From: Candidatus Thermosaccharophagus tengchongensis
Lineage (GTDB): Bacteria > Armatimonadota > Fervidibacteria > Fervidibacterales > Thermosaccharophagaceae
DNA length: 16,509 bases
Direction: 5' to 3' (one strand)
Assembly: GCA_032161105.1 (NCBI GenBank)
Contig: JAVHTD010000036.1
Within the stretch, counting starts at the first letter, position 1. The number at the start of each line of letters is the position of its first letter. Below the pieces are notes generated by a model. It was given only the letters and a program-made list of their open reading frames with translations. It had not been told where the DNA came from and ran no database searches. Made by a program: the position numbers and the translations under genes. Of this stretch, positions 1 through 8,033 are shown piece by piece.

Positions 1-2
1 CT

Positions 3-281
3 GATGAACCTGAGTTTTGGCGGGTCGTTGAAATGAATTTGCGCCGCAAGGCTCAAGCGCTGAACTTGACTGTTTCCGATGAGCCTTTGATGTTTGAGCC
101 ATATGGTAGGTGGCGTTCACGGCTCTACGAAATTAAGGGCGTAAAGGTGAGAGGGTTTGAGGGCAAATTCTATGCTGGCGGGGATGCGGCGCTTCTAAGG
201 GTTGGCTATGAAGCTGGTTTTGGCGAACGAAATGCGCAGGGCTTTGGGATGGTGGGGATACGGCTGGATACAAAAGTGTGA
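3..281 (+). CDS. cas6: CRISPR-associated endoribonuclease Cas6, C-terminal part (5'-truncated by the window edge)
   Basis: The frame is open from base 3 ([16 protein letters not shown]...), so ATG33 is internal. It ends with the Cas6 glycine-rich loop [17 protein letters not shown] (GxGxxxxxGxG), preceded by a typical 'VRGFEGKF' strand. Confidence 0.9.
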   Translation, partial: DEPEFWRVVEMNLRRKAQALNLTVSDEPLMFEPYGRWRSRLYEIKGVKVRGFEGKFYAGGDAALLRVGYEAGFGERNAQGFGMVGIRLDTKV

Positions 282-347
282 TACGCTTATTGCTGGGTGA
301 GAGGCACAGATGGCTGAAGCTGAGCATGGTCAACAGGTGACATTGAA

Positions 348-1319
348 ATGGCTTTTATGGTGGTGAAGGATGTGAGATACAGAAGAGTGATGCTGCTATT
401 GGTGGCAGCCATAGCATGTTATGCGCTGAGCGGAGTTTACATAGTTCGTGCGAGTGAGCGTGCTGTCGTGTTGGTGTTTGGTAAGCTTGTGACATTGCAA
501 CCGATCGGACCAGGTGTGCACTGGCGCTTGCCGTTTCCGTTCGGCAGGGTGATCAAGGAGGATATCTTGAAGCGCAAGCGCATATCCGTTGGGATTGAGG
601 CTGTTGAAGATGTGACGGGGCGTTCTGGGATGATGAAATCGTCGCAGTTCCTTACAGGCGACGCGAACATCGTCAATGTGGGTGCTGTGGTGCAATTTAA
701 GGTTGCTGACATCGTAGCGTATGCGTTGCGTTGTATCTATGCTGAAGGTTTGATTAAAGCGTTTGCGGAGGCGGCATTGACGAAAATAGTGGCAAGTAAG
801 CCCATTGACAGCGTGCTCACTTATGGCAGGTTTGCAACGCAGGGTGAAGTGAAAGAGCTGCTGCAGCGTTGGTTGAACGAGTGCAATGTTGGTGTGAGCA
901 TTGTATCAGTGAACTTCAGCATAGTGACTCCGCCACCCGAGGTTACCGATGCATTTCACGAAGTTACAAGGGCAAGGGAAGAACGACAGAAGTTAATCAA
1001 CGAAGCATACAGCTACAGAAGTGAGCGATTGCCAGAAGTTAGGGGCATGGCTGAGAAGATAGTTTCCGAGGCACAGGCATTCAAAGTGCGCCTTATAAAT
1101 CAGGCAATCGGCGATGCGCGCAAATTCGTTGCCATGGCGAAGGAATATAGGCGCTCGCCGAGTGAGACGAAGGTGAGGCTTTACATTGAGGCGATGGAGC
1201 AGATACTGCCGCGCATGAAAAAGTATGTGCTTGACTCGCAATCCGAAAGGCGCGTTAACTTGACATTGCTTGAGCAGCTTGAGACGGCTAAGCCAGACAC
1301 TGGAGAATCGCAAAGGTGA
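348..1319 (+). CDS. hflK: HflK-like SPFH/band-7 membrane protein (FtsH modulator family)
   Basis: N-terminal TM (MLLLVAAIACYALSGVY), then VRASERAVVLVFGK, GPGVHWRLPFP, FLTGDANIV, PPPEVTDAFHEV, EAYSYRSERLPEVRGMA and LYIEAMEQIL, all HflK-type motifs. AGGTGA SD 7 nt upstream. Confidence 0.85.
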   Translation: MAFMVVKDVRYRRVMLLLVAAIACYALSGVYIVRASERAVVLVFGKLVTLQPIGPGVHWRLPFPFGRVIKEDILKRKRISVGIEAVEDVTGRSGMMKSSQFLTGDANIVNVGAVVQFKVADIVAYALRCIYAEGLIKAFAEAALTKIVASKPIDSVLTYGRFATQGEVKELLQRWLNECNVGVSIVSVNFSIVTPPPEVTDAFHEVTRAREERQKLINEAYSYRSERLPEVRGMAEKIVSEAQAFKVRLINQAIGDARKFVAMAKEYRRSPSETKVRLYIEAMEQILPRMKKYVLDSQSERRVNLTLLEQLETAKPDTGESQR

Positions 1320-1385
1320 GACTGGAGTTTGACTTGATGACAATACCCAGCAGTGTTTGGGATTGTTCTATGACCATGTTTTGCA

Positions 1386-3344
1386 TCAGCGTTGATGGCG
1401 CAATTGCGAGAGTAGCAATGCAACTTCAGCCCTAATCAATTCGTTCTCGTCGTCCAACGCAGCTTTGAGCGGTTCAACTGCTTTCTCACCCAAGCCGAGT
1501 ATTGCAGCCCTAACCTTCATCCGCTCAATCTCGTTCCCTGTGGCGAGCATCTTGATCAGCTCAGTCATAGCGCGTGTATCGCCTACCCTCGCCAACGATT
1601 GCAGTGCTGCAAGCTTCATCACGCTGTCACTGGCATGCGCTATGTCCCAAAGCATCCTTATGCTTTCAGCATCACCGTAGAATGCGAGCACACGCGCTGA
1701 TGCCATCCTTGCGATGGGCGTCTTTGACTTCAGTGCACCCTTGAGCACTTTCAATCCGTGTTGACCGAACCTGCCGAGCACCAGTGCAGCTCTCATGGCG
1801 AGTTCCTCATCCTGATATTCAAGCAGCTTGCGCAATGCTTCTACGGCTCGCTCATCCCCTGGGAAAACGCTCAAGGCTTCAATTGCGTGCATTCGCACAA
1901 CCCTTGAGCTGTCGTTTAAAGCTGCATCCGCAATCAGCTTGACAGCCTCACTGCTGCCAATTTGCATCAATGCGCTCAACGCGCCCACGCGCACATTCTC
2001 ATCGCTGTGTTTGAGCAATTCGCTCAGCACTGGCAACGCCTTCACGCCGTGTGATGAGATTGCAACACCAGCAGCCCAGCGCACCTGTGGCTCTTTGCTC
2101 GTCAAATCCCTTGCGACAATTCTGAGCACTTCCTTATGCTTGAGCGTCCTCAGCGCAAGCAGCATGCTTGCACGCTCATCGCCGTGAGCCTTTTCAAGTG
2201 CCTTCAAGAAAAGCTTCAAGCCGCTCTCACCATAGCGAAGCAGCATCATTGATGCGGTTAAGCGAACTTCCATGTCAGCGTCACTTAACATTGATCGCAG
2301 CCTTTCAATCATCACCTCTTGCGGCAAGTTCATGTTGGACAGCGCATGCAGAGCGAGCTTTCGCTCAATCGCATCATCGCTGTTAAGCAGCCTGTCCACT
2401 TTCTCAAGTTCTGCGTTGCCGAGCGATGCCAACGCAACTGTGGCACATGCCCTCACATACTTATCTGCGCCTTTCTCCGACAGGTGCTTGATCTCCTTTG
2501 CGACCTTCTTTGATGGCTTAAGTGCAAGCGCGCTAATTGCGAGTGCCCTGACGATGCGATGCTTTGAGTTTGCAAGCTCGGCAAGCTTTGTGGCGGCATC
2601 TGGCGTTGGGAACTTGAGGAGCAATTGCAAAGCGCCAACCACTACAGCGATGTCGTTATCGGAGAGCAGCGCAACAAGGGCATTCGTTGGGACGGATTCA
2701 ATCAGGATGAGCAGTTGCATTTGCCTCTGGCGGAAAGCCGCGGCACTTGGCATTGTGCAAGTTGTCCTTGTGCGCCCACTTATGCTGCTTTCCAATGGCT
2801 CTTTAAACGCAATGCCAGTGCCAAGCATCTGACATATTGGGCGCAACGCAGCCTCGTTCAATCGGCTAAACAGCTTTGGAGCAGCTCCCTTGAGCGCAGT
2901 TGACCCATCGCCAAAGTAAAGTTCAACCAACTTGCGCCATGTAGCCTCATTGCGTGATTGCGAAAGGTGCGTTATTGCAATTTCAATCTCCGAAGGGGAG
3001 TGAGCCCGCTCTTGGCGAAGGACTGTGAGCATAGCGTCATCAACAGCTTTGTCGCGCATACCAGCGATAGCATGCAATGCTGCAATGCGCACCGCCTCAG
3101 CTTCGTCATGGAGCGCTCGCTCTATCAGTGCCGAAGTTGCGTCCCTTGAGCGGCGGCTCAGCTCAAGCGTTGCCTGCAGGCGCTCTTCGGCATTGCCGCT
3201 GCGTGCCATGCGGATTAATTCGCTCATCTTGAGCGCCGTTAGCCTCTTCATCCCATGGGTGGGTTTAAGGATGATATATGCCGCTGCGATGAAGGAGACG
3301 ACCACAATAGCGATGGCAATCACCGCAACATTTCGCAAGCCCAT
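1386..3344 (-). CDS. HEAT/PBS-lyase-type repeat protein with N-terminal membrane anchor or signal
   Basis: Hydrophobic N-terminus (VAVIAIAIVVVSFIAAAYIIL) followed by many L..LL.D....VR..A..AL repeats, e.g. LHDEAEAVRIAALHAI, LSDADMEVRLTASMML, LLKHSDENVRVGALSAL, LDDENELIRAEVALLL. ATG3344 has a GGTGA SD; the ORF track start is GTG3356. Confidence 0.85.
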   Translation of the reverse strand: MGLRNVAVIAIAIVVVSFIAAAYIILKPTHGMKRLTALKMSELIRMARSGNAEERLQATLELSRRSRDATSALIERALHDEAEAVRIAALHAIAGMRDKAVDDAMLTVLRQERAHSPSEIEIAITHLSQSRNEATWRKLVELYFGDGSTALKGAAPKLFSRLNEAALRPICQMLGTGIAFKEPLESSISGRTRTTCTMPSAAAFRQRQMQLLILIESVPTNALVALLSDNDIAVVVGALQLLLKFPTPDAATKLAELANSKHRIVRALAISALALKPSKKVAKEIKHLSEKGADKYVRACATVALASLGNAELEKVDRLLNSDDAIERKLALHALSNMNLPQEVMIERLRSMLSDADMEVRLTASMMLLRYGESGLKLFLKALEKAHGDERASMLLALRTLKHKEVLRIVARDLTSKEPQVRWAAGVAISSHGVKALPVLSELLKHSDENVRVGALSALMQIGSSEAVKLIADAALNDSSRVVRMHAIEALSVFPGDERAVEALRKLLEYQDEELAMRAALVLGRFGQHGLKVLKGALKSKTPIARMASARVLAFYGDAESIRMLWDIAHASDSVMKLAALQSLARVGDTRAMTELIKMLATGNEIERMKVRAAILGLGEKAVEPLKAALDDENELIRAEVALLLSQLRHQR

Positions 3345-3468
3345 TTTTTCGGTCACCGTCCGACTGAGCCCATATGCCCTGCTTGAAGGCGATGGAATTC
3401 AAGTTGAACTCTTAGCGCGCAGTTGAAGCATCCGCTACGAGAGTGAAGATGATGGTTCAGATGCGAAG

Positions 3469-5565
3469 TTAGCGCATTCCGATGCGAAGGACATACGGCG
3501 TGTTCTCAAACGGCGTTTGCAGCGCTGTGAGGCGCACAATGTAAGTGTGCGGTGGCAATTCCTCAGTTTCAATTGTGATGGGTGGGTTTTGACCGCGCAC
3601 CGATTGGAGAGTTTTTCCGTCCACAGCCCGCACATGAATTTCAAATTCGCCATCGCCGCCACTCCAAGTTAGCACAATGAGCAAAGAAGCCTTTTCCTTC
3701 AAGGTGATGCTGTAAGGCGGCGAAATCCTGCCGCTTGATATTGTGCCGATGAATTCCCTTACGGCAGTGCCCCTCTTAGCCACAAGCAATGAGTTGGCTT
3801 TCTCGGAGAGCTCAAATGTGATTGGGCGCACGACGAGGAATTGCAGCAACTTCTTTTCAACATCGCTCAGCTGTGGCTCGTTATGGAAGCATGTGAACAC
3901 CACAAACCCATTGCCGTGTCTGAACGATATGAGCAGCGGTCTGCCCTCGTGGATGAGCCCACTCATATCACGGTAACTGCCAATCATGTAGACGGTGACA
4001 TTGCCCGCCACCGATTCAATCGGAAACCACCTTGTGGCATTGAATCTGAGGCTCAAGCTTCTCCCAACAATGCTTGCAAGCGCATCGTCAGTGACAGTTG
4101 CATTAACGGTCTGTGCCTCACCCCTATCATTGGCAATGCGCACATACTCTGGGAAAGCTCTCTGAACCAGTTCTCCAGCCCAATCACTCGCATATAGGGT
4201 GCCGCCGTTTTCAACATACCGCCTTATGCTTGAGGCTGCCTCCAAGACATTTTGGGTTAAGCATCGCCATGAGCAGTTAATGAAGACGACTTGAAAGCGC
4301 TGCAGGTAGCTCACATCCTTAAGGCTGTCAAGGCTGATCTGCTCAAACTCGTATCCCTCACCGAGCTCCCTTAGGACTTGCCCGATGTCATCGTAGCCTC
4401 TTGGCGTGACGGCGAGTTGCGGCTTCATGACAGCGCTGCGAAGCTGCCCTTGCGTTGTGGTTATGGGTATGTGCAGCGATAAGAAATGAGTTGCGCCGAT
4501 AAGGACCGAGAGCGTGATAAGCACCATAGCGATTGACGAGGCTACTTGTATCACCGTTTGCGTGAGCGCAACAGTTGGTGGCGGGAGAGCTGTGCCACAT
4601 TTGTTGCAGAACTTGGCTCTGTGGCGGTTGGCGGTGCCGCACCTTTGACACACATTTGAGGCGAGCGGCGCAGTGATGATACGCCCCACCCTATAAATGA
4701 GCCTTGTGTTGCCGACGGTGATGATATCGTTGTGCGATAGCTGTGCCACTTTAACCGGCTTATTGCAGTGCAGCAGCGATGCGTTTGAAATTGACGCAAC
4801 CCTGTATGTGTTGCCATCCCACTCAAGCAGTGCATGCTTTGGAGCAATATCCCTGTCGTAGTAAATCGGTATTTCGCACCTCTCATCCCTGCCGAGCACT
4901 AACCTCGGCTTATCAAGGACGAACTCCCTCCCCTCCATCCTGCCGGAGATAACCTTTAAAGTTGCGTGTGCAAGCAGCTGCTCAAACAGCGCCGAGAAGA
5001 TGCCAACGAGCATCCCGATGATGATGAATCCAATTCCCCTTTGCAGACTGCTTGTTGCAGAGTAGCCCAAAAGCGATGCGCTCATCACCTCAAATGACAA
5101 CCCGCCAAGCATGCCACCAATCGCACCACCGATGAGCGAGTTGATCGTTCCCTTGAGCGATTGCCTTGCCACTCCCTGCGCTGAACCTACGAATGCACCA
5201 AAGCACGCCCATCCGAGCGCGCGTGCACCCATACCGAGTTTGACCATGGTGAGCGCACTATAAAGGCTCTCGGCAATCAACATGCCGATGCATCCACCGA
5301 TGGCGCCAAGCCAAATCCCCAAGGTGGCGTTCATGGCGATATGACGCAGCGTCCTATGCATCAATCCCTCTGCGATGCCGATGGAGGCACCGATGAGCAT
5401 TCCAACGATGGTGCCATATGTGGCGCTGATGATGTATGTGCGTATGCCATGCGCGCTTTCAAGTGCCATCCCGAGCATTGGCTCCGCTATAAGCCAAGCT
5501 GCAAATGCGCCGAGCGCACCAGCTATTGAGCTGTAGAGGAGGCGCTTATGCAAACTCCGTTTCAT
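3469..5565 (-). CDS. Multi-domain membrane protein: ~6 Gly-rich TM helices, FHA domain, zinc ribbon, TM, class I glutamine amidotransferase-like domain, C-terminal beta-sandwich (PPC-like)
   Basis: GxxxG-rich hydrophobic segments in the first ~200 aa; FHA-like GREFVLDKPRLVLGRDERC...HA...LSHNDIITVGNT; CQRCGTANRHRAKFCNKCG zinc ribbon; second hydrophobic helix; FQVVFINC...YVENGGTLYASDW...GNGFVVFTCFHNE; LTWSGGDGEFEIHV...YVLRI. ATG5565 has a GGGAG SD; the ORF track start is 5592. Confidence 0.8.
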   Translation of the reverse strand: MKRSLHKRLLYSSIAGALGAFAAWLIAEPMLGMALESAHGIRTYIISATYGTIVGMLIGASIGIAEGLMHRTLRHIAMNATLGIWLGAIGGCIGMLIAESLYSALTMVKLGMGARALGWACFGAFVGSAQGVARQSLKGTINSLIGGAIGGMLGGLSFEVMSASLLGYSATSSLQRGIGFIIIGMLVGIFSALFEQLLAHATLKVISGRMEGREFVLDKPRLVLGRDERCEIPIYYDRDIAPKHALLEWDGNTYRVASISNASLLHCNKPVKVAQLSHNDIITVGNTRLIYRVGRIITAPLASNVCQRCGTANRHRAKFCNKCGTALPPPTVALTQTVIQVASSIAMVLITLSVLIGATHFLSLHIPITTTQGQLRSAVMKPQLAVTPRGYDDIGQVLRELGEGYEFEQISLDSLKDVSYLQRFQVVFINCSWRCLTQNVLEAASSIRRYVENGGTLYASDWAGELVQRAFPEYVRIANDRGEAQTVNATVTDDALASIVGRSLSLRFNATRWFPIESVAGNVTVYMIGSYRDMSGLIHEGRPLLISFRHGNGFVVFTCFHNEPQLSDVEKKLLQFLVVRPITFELSEKANSLLVAKRGTAVREFIGTISSGRISPPYSITLKEKASLLIVLTWSGGDGEFEIHVRAVDGKTLQSVRGQNPPITIETEELPPHTYIVRLTALQTPFENTPYVLRIGMR

Positions 5566-5732
5566 TTGGAGCTCACTCCCGCTATTCAACATAGCTCTTT
5601 TGGCAACGGTGATGCAACATGTTGAGGAGTGACATGGGAGTGCAACTTAGTTGGTGCGTTTGCGTCATTGTGAAGTGAGTAGTGAGCTTGTGAGTTGTGG
5701 CGCACAAACATGTGATTGTGAGGTGGCTTAAG

Positions 5733-6992
5733 ATGGGCGATCTCAATAGGCGGGATTTCCTGAAAGCTGTCACCGGTGCAGCTGCAACTGCTGCAGCAGC
5801 CTTAAGCATCATTCCCGGAGCGCGCGCCGGTGAGGTGGGTCCGATTAAGGTTGGCTTAATCGGATGTGGTGGCAGGGGTAATGGCGCTGCAAGGGACATC
5901 ATGGCTGCCGGCAAACAGCTTGGGATTGAAGTGAAGGTCATAGCAGTCGCCGATGTTTTTGAGGACAGAGCTAAGGGGGCACAGAACGGTTTAAATCAAG
6001 CCGGAGCTGACATCAAGAATGACCATGTGTTTGTCGGCTTAGACGCCTACAGGAAGTTGATTGAAACCGATGTTGACATCGTCCTCCTTGCAACTCCACC
6101 CGGCTTTCGCCCGGAGCAATTTGAGGCAGCTGTAAATGCAAAGAAGCATGTGTTCATGGAGAAGCCCGTCGCCGTTGACCCAGTGGGATGCAGGAGGGTT
6201 ATGGCTGCGGGTCAAAAGGCGAAGGAACTTGGTCTCTCGGTTGTCTCAGGGACACAGCGTCGCCACAGCTTCAGCTACCGTGAGACGATAAAGCGCATCC
6301 ATGACGGTGCCATCGGGGATGTTGTTGCCGCATACGCCTATTGGTGTCAGGGTGGTCTTTGGGTGCGTGAGAAGTCACCGAACATGTCCGACTTGGAATG
6401 GCAGTTGCGCAACTGGCTCTATTTCACATGGCTCTCCGGCGACCACATCGTTGAGCAGCATGTCCACAACATTGATGTCATCAATTGGGTGATGGGGACG
6501 CATCCTGTGAGCGCATTCGGCATGGGCGGAAGGCAAGTTCGCACAGCTCCCAGGTATGGGCACATCTACGACCACTTCGCCGTTGAGTTTGAATATCCGA
6601 ACGGCGCACGCATGTTGAGCATGTGCCGTCAGATTGATGGCTGTGATGGCAGGGTGAGCGAATTTGTCGTCGGGACGAAAGGGCGCTCAAATTGCAATGG
6701 CTGGATAAGGGGCGAGAAGGATTGGAGGTATGATGGTCCAAACCCAAACCCGTATGTGCAGGAGATGGTTCACCTGCTTGAGAGCATCATTAAGGGAGAG
6801 CCGATAAATGAGGCTCAAAACATCGCCGAGAGCACGATGACGGCAATCATGGGGCGCGAGTCAGCATACACTGGGCGGACGGTTCGTTGGGATGAACTGA
6901 TGAAGTCGGACATGTCGCTCATGCCGAAGGAGCTCAGCTTTGATAAGCCTTTACCTGTGCCACCTGTTGCAATGCCCGGACGACCAATGTAA
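5733..6992 (+). CDS. Gfo/Idh/MocA-family NAD(P)-dependent oxidoreductase with twin-arginine (Tat) signal peptide
   Basis: NRRDFLK Tat motif plus hydrophobic stretch and ARA cleavage-like site; Rossmann GLIGCGGRG; LATPPGFR; HVFMEKPVA; EQHVHNID. ATG5733 follows a GAGGTGG SD; the ORF track start is 5697. Confidence 0.92.
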   Translation: MGDLNRRDFLKAVTGAAATAAAALSIIPGARAGEVGPIKVGLIGCGGRGNGAARDIMAAGKQLGIEVKVIAVADVFEDRAKGAQNGLNQAGADIKNDHVFVGLDAYRKLIETDVDIVLLATPPGFRPEQFEAAVNAKKHVFMEKPVAVDPVGCRRVMAAGQKAKELGLSVVSGTQRRHSFSYRETIKRIHDGAIGDVVAAYAYWCQGGLWVREKSPNMSDLEWQLRNWLYFTWLSGDHIVEQHVHNIDVINWVMGTHPVSAFGMGGRQVRTAPRYGHIYDHFAVEFEYPNGARMLSMCRQIDGCDGRVSEFVVGTKGRSNCNGWIRGEKDWRYDGPNPNPYVQEMVHLLESIIKGEPINEAQNIAESTMTAIMGRESAYTGRTVRWDELMKSDMSLMPKELSFDKPLPVPPVAMPGRPM

Positions 6993-7004
6993 GTAAGATG
7001 CTGA

Positions 7005-7040
7005 GCAGATGGCACTTGTTGTTGCCCTAAGTGCCATTGC
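7005..7040. terminator. Inverted repeat between convergent genes (possible bidirectional terminator or stabilising stem)
   Basis: ATGGCACTT (7009-7017) and AAGTGCCAT (7029-7037) form a perfect 9-bp stem, extendable with GCA/TGC. No long U-tract. Confidence 0.45.
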
Positions 7041-7085
7041 AATTGGGCGCGTGGGTTTCAGGCAGACTGAGGTGGTGTTATCGGT

Positions 7086-7931
7086 TTAAAACTCACTTGG
7101 CAGTTCTGCGAGCTGTGCCGCCGTGAAGACGGGTCCATCTTTGCACACGAACACCCTGCCGACATTGCACCTGCCGCACTTCCCAAAGCCGCACTTCATC
7201 TTGTTCTCAAGTGTGGTATAGATTCGCTCCCTTTGGAAGCCGAGCTTATCAAGCGTCAGGAGCATGAACCTGATCATGATTGGCGGACCGCAGGTTATGA
7301 CGATGGCGTTATCCGGCTTTGGGTTCAACTTCTCAAACACATTCGGAACAAGTCCAACCTCGCCATCCCAATCCGGCGTTTCACCGCCCGGGTCAACCGT
7401 CCTGACGACGCGGACTCCGGGGGCTTTCTCCCACTCCTTCATTTCGTCCTTGTAAACCAAGTCGGCAACTGTGCGAGCACCGTTGAGGATGAGTATCTCG
7501 CCATAGTCATCTCGGTTGTCCAAAGCGAACTGAATTGATGAGCGCAGTGCTGCCATTCCAATGCCGCCGCCAACGAACATCAGGTTACACCCTTTCCAAT
7601 CCTCAATCGGGAACGAGTTCCCATACGGACCGCGCAACCCGATAAGCTGACCAACGCACATTCTCCTCAGCGCTGTCGTCACTTTGCCCATAACCCTGAA
7701 AGTGCATTCAATGTAACCTCTGCGTGTTGGTGAGTTCGTAATGGCAAATACGCACTCACCCTCGCCGAAGACAGAATACTCGGCGAACTGCCCGGGACGC
7801 CATGTGAAACTCTCTTTGATGCCCTCATCTACAAACTCAAGGCGAAGCGTGCGGACATCCGGAGTCTCATCCTTCATGTCAGCGATGCGCATGAGATGAG
7901 GCTTGAACGGATGTTGAATATCTGCGCTCAT
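7086..7931 (-). CDS. flxA: FAD/NAD(P)-binding [2Fe-2S] oxidoreductase subunit (FlxA/AsrB/HydG/PyrK-like)
   Basis: FTWRPGQF, LRGPYGNSF, VGGGIGMAALRS, TCGPPIM and the C-terminal KMKCGFGKCGRC...VCKDGPVF [2Fe-2S] motif. GGAGTGA SD. Confidence 0.85.
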   Translation of the reverse strand: MSADIQHPFKPHLMRIADMKDETPDVRTLRLEFVDEGIKESFTWRPGQFAEYSVFGEGECVFAITNSPTRRGYIECTFRVMGKVTTALRRMCVGQLIGLRGPYGNSFPIEDWKGCNLMFVGGGIGMAALRSSIQFALDNRDDYGEILILNGARTVADLVYKDEMKEWEKAPGVRVVRTVDPGGETPDWDGEVGLVPNVFEKLNPKPDNAIVITCGPPIMIRFMLLTLDKLGFQRERIYTTLENKMKCGFGKCGRCNVGRVFVCKDGPVFTAAQLAELPSEF

Positions 7932-8033
7932 CTTGATTCACTCCATCACCACCATGTCATTTTTGCAACCAAAGCTGCTACGCAGCGGGTGAATGGGTGA
8001 CGGAAATGGCTTCAGCCGTTGCCATATCTTCCA

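Noticed and set aside
282..347. Possible degenerate CRISPR repeat after cas6 (ends in ATTGAAA)
   Set aside because: Single occurrence, no repeat-spacer periodicity, no internal palindrome; it overlaps the hflK SD-start region.
1465..3426. Several plus-strand Ser/Ala-rich ORFs (e.g. 2272-2832, 3025-3426)
   Set aside because: Antisense shadows of the HEAT gene with no recognisable motifs.
5668..5708. TTGTGA/GTGAG short repeats resembling Rex or CRP half-sites
   Set aside because: No correctly spaced TCACA second half-site; short GT-rich words are common on this strand.
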